DNA of 64,000 nucleotides from Candidatus Pacearchaeota archaeon (GTDB lineage: Archaea; Nanobdellota; Nanobdellia; Pacearchaeales; GW2011-AR1): assembly GCA_018303945.1 (NCBI GenBank), contig JAGVXD010000001.1, positions 2,877 to 66,876 on the forward strand, written 5' to 3'. Both the position numbers and the translations under genes were made by a program. The notes under the pieces were generated by a model that was not told the origin of the DNA, did no database searches, and was given only the letters and a program-made list of their open reading frames with translations. Below, one piece after another: positions 29,109 through 38,762 of the stretch; position 1 is the stretch's first letter, and each line of letters opens with the position of its first letter.

Positions 29109-29318
29109 TTAGAATGCGGCTGGAAGATAGGGAGTATAAGAAAGCAAATTAGTTAGGTTTTTGCCTAGATTAGTTCGTTCCCATTGTTCTTCACTCCACT
29201 CTCTTATTTTTATATACAATCCTATGCCTAAAACATATCCTGCGAGTCCAATCCCCTGCATAGTCGTTACTGACTTTTTCAAAATTTCATATCCAGTCAA
29301 TAAGGAATTATCTTCCAT
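29109..29318 (-). CDS. Small hypothetical membrane protein
   Basis: One hydrophobic helix; own TATA-like element. Confidence 0.45.
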   Translation of the reverse strand: MEDNSLLTGYEILKKSVTTMQGIGLAGYVLGIGLYIKIREWSEEQWERTNLGKNLTNLLSYTPYLPAAF

Positions 29319-29385
29319 CTATTTTAAGAATAAGCATTGTTTATAAAATTTGCTAGAAAAATGACTATAGCGCAAAAAATATTCT

Positions 29386-29427
29386 TTATTGCTCCAAATG
29401 GGTCTTATGCTCCTTAACTTGCTGCGA
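29386..29427. repeat. Dispersed 42-bp repeat, copy 2
   Basis: 34/42 identity with 24764-24805. Confidence 0.6.
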
Positions 29428-29494
29428 AGCGAACGATGGGTTTTTATTCTTAGATTATACTGCATAAAATGCATAGTAAAGAAGTCTTAAATTA

Positions 29495-30412
29495 TCAGTT
29501 ATAGGAGCTTAAACTTCCCCGATATGTTGAAGGCTTGGCATAAATAGCAAGTTCAGATGCTAAATACATCACCCTTAATGGATGATTTTCATCGCGCTTG
29601 AAAGAATCATATTCTCTAGATTTAAAGGAATAACTTAATATCTGAACCATATCTTCTATACCTTCTATGTCTTCTAATATTATTCCCTTGGAATATAAAG
29701 CTATCATAGCCCTGCCCATTTGATGAGGCCAATGTGAGCTTGAAACTGCAATTCCTGGTTTGTTTCCTATATTAGATATTAATTTCGCGGCGTCATTAGA
29801 TGAACGAGTATATCTCCATAGTTTATTTATCTTCGGGACAAATCTTGAAGCAACACGCACAACTTTTGGATTAATGCAATTATTAGAATCATAAGTAATA
29901 ACTCCATCAAAATTATCAATTACCCCAGTAGCCATATTCTTGCATGCAGAAGAGTTATGTATCCCAGTAAGAAACGAAAGCAACCCTTTATCCTGTGCAT
30001 ACATAGCCACATCTTCAATTTTTTGATAATCTTTTTTAAGCATATTTGCCCCGATTATATGGGCTTTAAGACCATTCCAATCAGTTCCATGTGGGGCGTG
30101 AATTGTTTCACTGTTAAGAAAATAGACTATCTCGCGATCTCTTCTTATTCTCACAAGATTCTCGTCTAATTCATTAAATGCATAGTTTCCAGGGAGATTA
30201 CGCAATAAACTTCTGAAATATCCAAACCTATCTTCAGGCATACCTTGAACCATCTTATCATCTTCAGAAGTTATGGCTGTGATACTTACATTATTTTTAA
30301 AGCAGGAATCAGCTAGAACTTTTGGCAAGTTTTCTGGTTTTATATTGTGTCGTGCAAGCCAAAAATCCTGAAAACCTATTGTTCCAAAAGAACGTAAATC
30401 TGCGCTGACCAT
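29495..30412 (-). CDS. Degenerate PHP-fold-like protein
   Basis: ADLRSF (cf. DLHxH), AITSED (cf. AITDH), NSETI...AHIIG, AVSSSH (cf. GSDAH). Confidence 0.5.
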   Translation of the reverse strand: MVSADLRSFGTIGFQDFWLARHNIKPENLPKVLADSCFKNNVSITAITSEDDKMVQGMPEDRFGYFRSLLRNLPGNYAFNELDENLVRIRRDREIVYFLNSETIHAPHGTDWNGLKAHIIGANMLKKDYQKIEDVAMYAQDKGLLSFLTGIHNSSACKNMATGVIDNFDGVITYDSNNCINPKVVRVASRFVPKINKLWRYTRSSNDAAKLISNIGNKPGIAVSSSHWPHQMGRAMIALYSKGIILEDIEGIEDMVQILSYSFKSREYDSFKRDENHPLRVMYLASELAIYAKPSTYRGSLSSYN

Positions 30413-30469
30413 AAACCATGAGTTATTACAAGGTATTTAAATTTTACTATTGTTGTAACTATTAAAATA

Positions 30470-31027
30470 CTACATAATTCCCTTGAGCAGAGCCCCAACT
30501 ATGAAGGCGAGCAAAGCAGCAACTCCCCCTATAAGCAAAGTCTCTGCTGCTGAACGCATCCAGTGCTTTTGAGTGACTTCTCCCTTTACTGCTCCCACAA
30601 GAGCAAGAGCCGCACCGGTTAAGACAAAAGAAATCATAATCTGTGAGTTCTTCAAAGAAGGATAAAAGAAGGATAAAAGAAATGATAACAGAGGTATAAA
30701 TCCTATAATAAAGAAAGATATAAATGTTGCAATAGCTGTCTTGACAGGATGCTTGCCCAGTCTTACATACTCTTTATAATCAACATGATGTCTATGAAGT
30801 TCGGTTTGGGATTTTGTGGCGAGGTAATTTGAAACGGCCATTGAAAATCCATCTGCAAAAAGGTTTGCAAATCCTAAAATAAGAACTATTGCAGGGCTTA
30901 ATGCTGCCCCTATAGAGCCGGCAACAACAGCAAAAGTCGTGACTGCGCCGTCAATTCCACCATAAACAAACTCTGGCAAATATTTTCTGGCAATTCTCTC
31001 TTCACCCATAAATAATCTAGGAAGCAT
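30470..31027 (-). CDS. VIT1/CCC1-family Fe/Mn transporter
   Basis: VYGGIDGAVTTFAVVAG...GFANLFADGFSMAVSNYL. Confidence 0.93.
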   Translation of the reverse strand: MLPRLFMGEERIARKYLPEFVYGGIDGAVTTFAVVAGSIGAALSPAIVLILGFANLFADGFSMAVSNYLATKSQTELHRHHVDYKEYVRLGKHPVKTAIATFISFFIIGFIPLLSFLLSFFYPSLKNSQIMISFVLTGAALALVGAVKGEVTQKHWMRSAAETLLIGGVAALLAFIVGALLKGIM

Positions 31028-31053
31028 AGCTTTTTAAATACCTCTTCTTTCAC

Positions 31054-32826
31054 TTGAACATGACAAATAATTCGAACAATTCACAATCCAATCATAATTA
31101 TTCAGCACCTCAACCAGGGACTCCACAAACGGTTCCTGCTGACTTTGCAATCTTAAAGAATGCTCTTGAAGGCTTTAAGAAGCAAGTAGTAAAGAAATAT
31201 CCATTTACAGTTGCCATATCTTTGCTTCCTGGACAGGCTTCTCCTCTATTTGAAGAGGACGAAGGAGTTCCTAAAGAAGTGGCCGAAACAAAGCCTATGC
31301 ACGTAGTAGTTACAATTCCTGAAGAAGAATACAAGAACATTCCTAAGATAAAACCTGAACTTGTTAATCTTGCAAAAGAAACCAAGCAAAATTTATGGGT
31401 GCATGTAAAGACCCCTGTAGACCTCTGGAATTATGGTCTCGACAGCAAATTTGATTTTCTTGATGCAATAGCCCAAGGATATCCAGTGTATGACAAAGGA
31501 TTTCTCGGAGCTTTAAGAGTAGCAAGCATACATAAATCTCTTGTTCTTAGGAAGTTTGACAAATATGTAGCCAGTTATGTAATTGCGGGGAGTCTTGTAA
31601 GAGGCACAGCCGGAAAAGACAGCGATGTTGATGTATTTGTAGTTGTAGATGATACAGACGTAAAGAGAATGTCAAGAATAGAGCTTCTTGAGAAGTTAAG
31701 AGGAATAATCTATGATTATATACGTGAAGCTACTGCACTTTCAGGAGTGAAAAACATACTTAATGTTCAAGTATATCTTCTTACAGATTTCTGGCAGTCT
31801 GTAAAAGATGCTCATCCAGTAATGTTTACATTTATCAGAGATGGAATACCTTTGTATGACAGGGGAACATTTATTCCTTGGAAACTTCTGCTTAAGATGG
31901 GCAAGATTAAGCCAAGTCCTGAAGCCATAGACCTTTATATGAAGCAGGGAGAGCAGACAGAGGATTTTGTAAAGCGCCGACTTCTGGATGCAATGGTAGA
32001 TATATATTACGGAGTGCTTACTCCAACCCAGGCTCTTCTTATGCTTGCAGGGGAAGCCCCTCCAGTGCCAAAAGTTGTAGTTGAAGAAGTACGCAAAGTA
32101 TTTGTTGAGAGAGAGAAAGTAATGACCGTTTCTGATTTAAAGACACTTGAAAAAGCAGTTCACTTATTCAAGCAGTACGAATATGGAAAACTAAAGGAGT
32201 ATCCTGGAACAGAAATTGATAAATTCATGAAAGAGTCCAAAGAATATAACAAACTTCTAAGAGAAGTGCGCAAGAAACTAGAGAAAAGGATGCAGGAAAA
32301 AACTGCAGAAGAGATTTATTCAAATGTATTTACTTTGCTAAAGACATTCTTTGGCAATAAGCCGCAGGAACGGCTGGTCAAAGAATTTGAAACAAATTTA
32401 GTTAAAAAAGGCAAGATTGAGCCCCGCCTCTTGACTGTTCTTAAGGAATTGGCTCAAGCAAAAGCAAAGATTAAGTCCGGGAAGCTAAGCCAGAAAGAAG
32501 TAGAAAATGTAAAGAAAGATGCTTTTGAGCTTATACAAAATCTTACTGAATATGCCCAGCGCGCAGACTTCATATCCTCGAAAAAGGGGACAATTCAGAT
32601 TGCCTATAAAGGAAGAAAAGCCGAGCTTGTTCTGCTTGGCAAAGATAACTTCATAATAGAGGGCGCTACAATGCAGAGAATAACTTCAGACAAATTAGTT
32701 CCGATAACAAAAGAGGAATTTGAGAAATCTTTGGAAGAAAACAAAGGTAAACTAAGTATGACAATTTCAGGCTCGCTGTTTAAGATCTTGGAAAAATCAC
32801 TTGGAGAATTTGAGATTATATTTTAA
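31054..32826 (+). CDS. Large pol-beta-type nucleotidyltransferase with helical (HEPN-like) C-terminal region
   Basis: AGSLVRG...SDVDVFVVVDD. The N-terminal domain appears to be a degenerate repeat of the NTase fold. Confidence 0.75.
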   Translation: MNMTNNSNNSQSNHNYSAPQPGTPQTVPADFAILKNALEGFKKQVVKKYPFTVAISLLPGQASPLFEEDEGVPKEVAETKPMHVVVTIPEEEYKNIPKIKPELVNLAKETKQNLWVHVKTPVDLWNYGLDSKFDFLDAIAQGYPVYDKGFLGALRVASIHKSLVLRKFDKYVASYVIAGSLVRGTAGKDSDVDVFVVVDDTDVKRMSRIELLEKLRGIIYDYIREATALSGVKNILNVQVYLLTDFWQSVKDAHPVMFTFIRDGIPLYDRGTFIPWKLLLKMGKIKPSPEAIDLYMKQGEQTEDFVKRRLLDAMVDIYYGVLTPTQALLMLAGEAPPVPKVVVEEVRKVFVEREKVMTVSDLKTLEKAVHLFKQYEYGKLKEYPGTEIDKFMKESKEYNKLLREVRKKLEKRMQEKTAEEIYSNVFTLLKTFFGNKPQERLVKEFETNLVKKGKIEPRLLTVLKELAQAKAKIKSGKLSQKEVENVKKDAFELIQNLTEYAQRADFISSKKGTIQIAYKGRKAELVLLGKDNFIIEGATMQRITSDKLVPITKEEFEKSLEENKGKLSMTISGSLFKILEKSLGEFEIIF

Positions 32827-32840
32827 ACAAAATAAATTCT

Positions 32841-33992
32841 TTATAAACTGATAAGCTTAACCTTCGCGTTGTCTGCAGAACTAAAGTTTGTGGCTGCAAG
32901 AAATTGGACGCCCCGCTCATCACACGCTCTCACAGTAGGAGACACTGCTGTACCGTCAATTACTACGGCCAGAATGGGCTTTCTCGCACCGATGATATTT
33001 CTGGTTACTTCTCTAGAGCTTATTTTTTTTATTACGTCAAAATTAGAATCTATTAAAACTGCAGACTTAGTTCCTTTTATTTTCTCGTAAGCCCCTTTCA
33101 CAGCTTCCTTGACTTCTGAAATATCAAACTTTGGCATCTCTTCTCTCTCTTCAGCAATCTCCACTCTATCAAATTGCATTCTTCTTAGAAATTCATCTGT
33201 CGGAATTCTCTTCCTAAGAGACATTAATATCTCTTTGCCTTGAAGTTCCTCTACTTCCTTTCCATCAGGAGCAACTGCAACATAAGTTACTCTGGCATTT
33301 TCTATGACATTTCTTGCAATTAATTTGCCCCCCCTGTCCCCGTCTATAAATAATGTAATTTCTTTATCTGCTCCAAGTTTGGCTATTGTTGCAGGAAGTT
33401 TAGTTCCATTCATTCCTATTACATTATTTACCCTATTTTTCAAGAGATTAACTACGTCTGCTCTTCCTTCAACTACTATAATCTCATTTCCGGATATGTC
33501 TCCTGCAGGAAGTTTTTCATCGCCATACTCCTGTATTTTTGAAGTTCTGGATTCTTCCTTCAAAGTTCGGGACATCTCTCCTAATTCATGTCCATCATCT
33601 AGATTTTCAAGCAGTTTTTTTGCTCTCTCTAAAATGAAATCTCTTTTGCTACCTCTGACATCTTCTATCTTAGATATCTCAATGCTGGCTTCAGTGGGAC
33701 CTATACGGTCAATTGTTTCCAGAGCTGCAGCAATAAGAGTAGTTTCAGATTTATCTAAAGCGCTTGGAAGCTTGATTATTCCTATGCTTTTGCCATCAAC
33801 AGTTTCTAAATCAACTTCTATTCGCCCAATCTTACCTTCTTTTTGCAGTTCACGCATCTCCAGTTCAGCGCCTAAAAGGCCTTCTGTCTGTCCAAAGATA
33901 GCTCCGATTACATCTGGCTTCTCAAGCGGACCTTCAGCTTTGAAAGTCGCATATACCATATACTTTATTGAAACTGGGCTTATTTTTGCCAT
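32841..33992 (-). CDS. dnaG: Archaeal DnaG-like protein (TOPRIM)
   Basis: KPDVIGAIFGQTEGLLG, GRIEV, IIVVEGRADV, FIDGDRGG. Confidence 0.97.
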   Translation of the reverse strand: MAKISPVSIKYMVYATFKAEGPLEKPDVIGAIFGQTEGLLGAELEMRELQKEGKIGRIEVDLETVDGKSIGIIKLPSALDKSETTLIAAALETIDRIGPTEASIEISKIEDVRGSKRDFILERAKKLLENLDDGHELGEMSRTLKEESRTSKIQEYGDEKLPAGDISGNEIIVVEGRADVVNLLKNRVNNVIGMNGTKLPATIAKLGADKEITLFIDGDRGGKLIARNVIENARVTYVAVAPDGKEVEELQGKEILMSLRKRIPTDEFLRRMQFDRVEIAEEREEMPKFDISEVKEAVKGAYEKIKGTKSAVLIDSNFDVIKKISSREVTRNIIGARKPILAVVIDGTAVSPTVRACDERGVQFLAATNFSSADNAKVKLISL

Positions 33993-34341
33993 TTTTATAA
34001 TATATCTTAACTAGAAAGAAAGTTTTAATCTGTCCTGAATGAATAATCTCCTTGAACCTTGGTTTTTTCTCGAGTGGAAAACAAAGCCGGAATACTTCAG
34101 CTTTAAACACAAATTTGTTTTCTTTATGAAGAATTGCGGCCTAAATGCAATTCTCTTGCTTCAGGAATATTATTCCTGACATGAATATGATTTCTTTCTT
34201 TTTTTAAAAACGCAAGACGGTATTTAAACCTTTCTGATTCAGATGTTGTGTGTGCTTAATCATAATTATGTTACAGTGATAGCAAAGTTTAGACTCCGTT
34301 AAATTTATATACTCTGGCTGTGAGACACGAAAGTCACTCAC

Positions 34342-34446
34342 ATGGACAAAAAAGAGGCCATACGAAAAGACCTTGCCGACGAGGCAGCGGAAACCGAAGA
34401 ATTCAACGACGAGTTGTTCGATGGTTTAGATTCAACATCAGAATAA
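34342..34446 (+). CDS. Small acidic peptide, 34 aa
   Basis: MDKKEAIRKDLADEAAETEEFNDELFDGLDSTSE; TTTATATA upstream, T-tract and hairpin downstream. Confidence 0.5.
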   Translation: MDKKEAIRKDLADEAAETEEFNDELFDGLDSTSE

Positions 34447-34564
34447 TTTTTCTTTTGCCTTCATTGAAGGCTTATTTTTTCTAATGTCAAACACTTTGAG
34501 CACAAGAAAATCCTTCGGATTTTCTAATGTAAATATTTATATATCGTGTTACAGGCATTAAAAT

Positions 34565-34993
34565 ATGGTTACAAGAAAAACTAGAAATAATCTTTACATT
34601 AGTGCAATTTCAGGAATTACAGCATTAGGTCTCTGGTATGCTGGCTCAAGAGTTTCTCTTCCTTCTTCTCTTGAGAATTTGCCTAATAGCCGGGAAGCAG
34701 TATCTCTTTTGGAAGAAGCAAATAATTTGCAGATGACTCTTATGAGAATGCCACTTAAGGAAGTCTTATCAAATGATTCACTTTATCTTGCCTATAATGA
34801 ACTTGATAAGTCCCGAGACAAAGCAATTAATAGATACAAAGCAATCACCAATTCAGTTCCTGCACTTACTCCTCTTCCAGATTTTCTTGATGAAAAATCT
34901 CGAGCTCGTACGGGCTTACATTTTTTTAGTTTTTTATCTACATTAACTTCTGTTTCCTTTGCGGCTTTTGCTTTCAGAGGTCGCAATATTTAA
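34565..34993 (+). CDS. Hypothetical membrane protein
   Basis: Hydrophobic helices at both termini. Confidence 0.6.
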   Translation: MVTRKTRNNLYISAISGITALGLWYAGSRVSLPSSLENLPNSREAVSLLEEANNLQMTLMRMPLKEVLSNDSLYLAYNELDKSRDKAINRYKAITNSVPALTPLPDFLDEKSRARTGLHFFSFLSTLTSVSFAAFAFRGRNI

Positions 34994-35098
34994 AAAAATA
35001 TACCACATTAATTCATGTTCTCTTGAGTGGAAAATCCCTTCAGATAAGAAATAATTTTCTTAAAAAAGATTTAAAAGCACAGTTATCCTTCATATTTT

Positions 35099-35164
35099 AT
35101 GAGAAAAACAGTAAGACGCTCGCGACGCAAACGCCTGCTTAAGAAATATTTAAGAAAAAAATGA
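35099..35164 (+). CDS. Small basic peptide, candidate ribosomal protein eL41 (eS32)-like
   Basis: MRKTVRRSRRKRLLKKYLRKK with its own TTTAAA box about 25 nt upstream; directly before EF-1alpha. Confidence 0.45.
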   Translation: MRKTVRRSRRKRLLKKYLRKK

Positions 35165-35241
35165 TTAAGATTTTTTAGATATATTTATAAAAAAAGAAAG
35201 ATTTAAATACCCCGTAATTTAGAGAACATTATTCATATCAC

Positions 35242-36522
35242 ATGGCAAAACAAAAACCAACACTTAACGTTGTTTTCGTTGGTCACGTCGACCACGGAAA
35301 ATCAACTACAATCGGACGATTAATGTTCGATTCTGGAAAGGTAACTCCTGAAGAAATGGAGAAATTGAAAGCTGAAGCTCAAAAACATGGCAAAGCAGGA
35401 TTTGAATTTGCTTTCGTAATGGACAATATAAAAGAAGAAAGAGAACGTGGGGTCACTATAGACCTTTCTTATCAGAAACTTATTACTAACAAATATGAAG
35501 TTACAATAATTGATGCCCCGGGTCACAAAGACTTCGTCAAAAACATGATTACTGGAGCATCACAGGCGGACTGCGCATTCTTAACATTATCTGCAAAAGA
35601 TGGTGTACAGCCGCAGACTAAAGAACATGTATGGTTATTGAGAACAATGGGTGTAGGTCAAATTGCAGTAAATATCAATAAGATGGATGCAGTTGATTAC
35701 AAAGAAGATGTTTATAATAAGGTTAAAACTGAAGTTTCAGCTGTCTTAAAAATGGCCGGATACAAGCCGGATGGAATTACATTCTTGGCTATTTCAGGAT
35801 TCAAAGGCGATAACGTAGTAAAGAAGTCTGCCAATATGCCATGGTACAAAGGGCCAACAGTTCTTGAGCAATTAGATTTATTCAGCCCTCCGGAAAAACC
35901 AATTGATCTTCCATTAAGAATGCCTCTTCAGGATGTTTATGAAATAACCGGCATTGGAACTGTTCCAGTTGGTAAAATAGAAACTGGAGTAATGAAGATT
36001 GGGCAGAAGATAGTTATTCTTCCGGGAAGATCTGGAAAGGGAGTTGAAGGAGAAATTCGCAGTGTTGAAATGCATCATGAACAGCTTCCACAAGCTGAAG
36101 CAGGCGACAATGTCGGAGTTAACATAAGAGGAGTAGGAAAGAAAGATGTTGCTCGCGGAGACGTAGTCTGTGACGCAGCTAAACCTGCCACAATTGCAGA
36201 AGAGTTCGTCGCACAGGTTGCAGTCATTTCACATCCAACAGTCATTGCAAAAGGTTATACACCAGTATTTCATGTTCACACAGCACAAGTTCCATGCCAA
36301 TTTATAGAGCTTATTGAAAAAACAAGCCCGGATGGACAAACAGCAAAGAATCCTGATTTCTTGAAGAATGGAGATGTTGCAAAAGTAAGAATCAAGCCAA
36401 TGGGCAATTTAGTGCTTGAGACACAGGCAACCAATCCGCATATGGCTCGTTTCGCTATAAGAGACGCAGGAGCAACAGTTGCTGCAGGCGTATGCATTGA
36501 AGTAAAAGCCAAGAATCTTTAA
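35242..36522 (+). CDS. tuf: Translation elongation factor EF-1alpha
   Basis: [27 protein letters not shown]. Confidence 0.98.
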   Translation: MAKQKPTLNVVFVGHVDHGKSTTIGRLMFDSGKVTPEEMEKLKAEAQKHGKAGFEFAFVMDNIKEERERGVTIDLSYQKLITNKYEVTIIDAPGHKDFVKNMITGASQADCAFLTLSAKDGVQPQTKEHVWLLRTMGVGQIAVNINKMDAVDYKEDVYNKVKTEVSAVLKMAGYKPDGITFLAISGFKGDNVVKKSANMPWYKGPTVLEQLDLFSPPEKPIDLPLRMPLQDVYEITGIGTVPVGKIETGVMKIGQKIVILPGRSGKGVEGEIRSVEMHHEQLPQAEAGDNVGVNIRGVGKKDVARGDVVCDAAKPATIAEEFVAQVAVISHPTVIAKGYTPVFHVHTAQVPCQFIELIEKTSPDGQTAKNPDFLKNGDVAKVRIKPMGNLVLETQATNPHMARFAIRDAGATVAAGVCIEVKAKNL

Positions 36523-36753
36523 TTTCTTTTTTAATATAAATTATACAAAGCTAATTATTAAATGCTCTGAAAAACTAAAAACCCAGAGTTTTCTCAGTGT
36601 CAAGAACTATATTGGCTGGAATGTTATATCAATTTTTACTCTAAATTCTTGAATAAAAATCTCATCTTGGCAAGTTTAGATGTACTTTATATATTAAAAT
36701 TAAAAATACACAACTATAATAAAACTTATAAATGAGATTAATGTAAAATTAAT

Positions 36754-37395
36754 ATGATTTCAAAAGAAGGGCCGATAAATAGACGCGAAATAGAGGCTAA
36801 ATTAGCCAGTGTTGGGGACTATGTTAAAATGGATTATCTGCAATCATGTTTAAAGAGAAGTCTGGATTTTGATAATAAGAAATATGTTCTCTTGACTCTG
36901 GCCCACATATATGAAACAAGAAAGATGTTTCTTGAGGCTGGAAGAATGATGCGAAATGCGGCAGAAATTAATTCAACATATGATGCTAAAATTAACGATT
37001 ATCTTAAAGCCATGGATTTATTCATAAAGGGAGGCGGATTTGATGATGCAGACATATCATTTACTAAAGCTCTGGGATGTGCAGAAGGAATGCAAAAAGA
37101 GAGAATAAAGAGGACCCGTAAAGAGGCATATCTTAAGCAGGCAGACGGATATCTTGCAGGAGACAAAAGAAAACATGCAATGGAAGCTTATCAAAGATAT
37201 CTTACATTTCCCGAGGTGACTGGAGATGAGAGAAAATCTGCTCAACAAGCACTATTAGGCATTTATGAGAAACTAGGCAAAATAACTGAATATGGCAATC
37301 TTAAGAGGTCTATGACTCAACCAGCACAGCCAAATAAGGAAGCACGTGAGCAGAGCAGAACATCTTCTTTTTCTTGGAGAGATATAGGTCTGTAA
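36754..37395 (+). CDS. TPR-like helical hypothetical protein
   Basis: Repeated LAxxY/A..Y..A helical pattern. Confidence 0.6.
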   Translation: MISKEGPINRREIEAKLASVGDYVKMDYLQSCLKRSLDFDNKKYVLLTLAHIYETRKMFLEAGRMMRNAAEINSTYDAKINDYLKAMDLFIKGGGFDDADISFTKALGCAEGMQKERIKRTRKEAYLKQADGYLAGDKRKHAMEAYQRYLTFPEVTGDERKSAQQALLGIYEKLGKITEYGNLKRSMTQPAQPNKEAREQSRTSSFSWRDIGL

Positions 37396-37489
37396 TAAAT
37401 TTTAAAGTACGCAGTATTTAAACATCAAGCTAATTTATAAGTAGTAACGAGATAGAAAGAATTAAATATGGCTTGTTTCTAAGAGAAAT

Positions 37490-38151
37490 ATGGAAAGTGA
37501 AGCAGTAACATTTGTGTCGGGTGCATGGAATTTTAATTTTGGCAATGGATTAACCTGAAGTTTACTTAATGAATTACTTCCTGCAATGACTCAAGATCAA
37601 AGCGCAAAATGGACTTTTGATGATGGATATCACACTGCTTCTCTCTATGAATTCTTTTTAATAGGCGGTAAGTTGTACGAACTAAGAAATGAAAGAGAAA
37701 AAGTAGGACAAAATGCTGAATCAGCACGTCAGTTTATAAAGAAATGGATAAGAGGAAAATGGCTTAATACCCAAACTAGAATATACTTTAAGCCTAGAGG
37801 AGAAGATGAAATCATTCATAATTATTGAACTGCACGAGCTTTACAAAAAACATAGATTTTCTTGGGGAATGTGGGTTGGTGGAAGAAGTATTGTCTTTGG
37901 AACAGTCTTTAGCTTTAACAGGGAAGAATCCTCAAGATGTTGCAAACATAATGAGTTATCTTAATTATATTCATGGAAATGGTGGTTATATTAAGAGAAG
38001 ATATAATACTAATAGGCCTGCCAGCGTTGATGAAAGAATCGTGCAGTTCGGTGCGAATTCTGATAGTTTCTGCTTTTTATGCGATATTAATACTTCGAGT
38101 GTGGGAGCTTCTTTCGGGGTACGCTTTTCGCAAAAAGATTTTAAAGCGTAA
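37490..38151 (+). pseudogene. Disrupted DGR-target-like (CLec-type C-terminus) gene
   Basis: ATG 37490, in-frame TGA at 37556, reading continues into ORF 37586, then a frameshift at about 37825. Ends ERIVQFGANSDSFCFLCDINTSSVGASFGVR. Confidence 0.55.
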
Positions 38152-38167
38152 ATTTTTTCAAGAAACT

Positions 38168-38452
38168 TCATCGTTTCTTGGCGGGAGGGATATATACTTT
38201 TTGAATTTGAAAGCTCTTATAAATGCCTTCAATTATATCTGTTCCTGCATAGCCGGCAAGAACAGAAAGACGCGGATCAAAATTAAAGATAAGCCCCGTC
38301 ATAGCTCCTATCAAAGCAGAAAGCAAAACCGTAAATATCCAGTATCTCCAGACAATTTTCATATTAACTGCCAGAGCCTTGAAAATGCCCACTGTTGCCC
38401 GCACTACTCCTCCTAAAGCTCCAAGTGCAATGCCTAAAATTATCTCGTTCAT
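38168..38452 (-). CDS. Small membrane protein
   Basis: Three Gly-rich TM helices; LAGYAGTDIIEG. Confidence 0.7.
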   Translation of the reverse strand: MNEIILGIALGALGGVVRATVGIFKALAVNMKIVWRYWIFTVLLSALIGAMTGLIFNFDPRLSVLAGYAGTDIIEGIYKSFQIQKVYIPPAKKR

Positions 38453-38685
38453 GGCAAAACTCTTACCGATTTTAGAATTTTATAAGTCTTTTTTGTCGGT
38501 ACTGCAAATTTATTTAAGAATGGATCGAATTTAGAACGTGGCTTTTCCTGATGATGATATACATTTCTGCGTATTACTTCGTGCAAATATTCGTGAACAT
38601 CTCTATACCCTAAGCGCAAAGCTTTCTTCTTGGCTCGTTCAGCTGTCTGCCCGTCAATCATAAGCGCCACACCCTCTTTTTTCAT
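38449..38685 (-). CDS. Small RHH/CopG-like protein
   Basis: A..LGYRDVHEYLHEVIRR; ATGA overlap with the downstream gene. Confidence 0.6.
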   Translation of the reverse strand: MKKEGVALMIDGQTAERAKKKALRLGYRDVHEYLHEVIRRNVYHHQEKPRSKFDPFLNKFAVPTKKTYKILKSVRVLP

Positions 38686-38762
38686 TATTTTAAGTGCCTA
38701 AGTACACTTTTCCGACGTCAGCATTATATTTAAACGTTCCGTCTTGTTTCAGTTAAGAAGAT

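Noticed and set aside
33304-34014. 236-aa plus-strand ORF
   Set aside because: It is an antisense shadow of dnaG. The same applies to the many short ORFs opposite smc, hisS, fusA, rpoA, rpoB and nrdJ.
34500-34530. AGAAAATCC-TTC-GGATTTTCT hairpin and loosely similar AT-rich intergenic motifs (about 13690, 36570 and 52180) as a REP family
   Set aside because: The similarity is too weak and low-complexity to support by eye.
37556-37828. TGA recoding (alternative genetic code or selenocysteine)
   Set aside because: TGA is the true stop of conserved genes such as spt4, nrdR and rpoA, and the second break needs a frameshift. Pseudogenisation is the simpler explanation.
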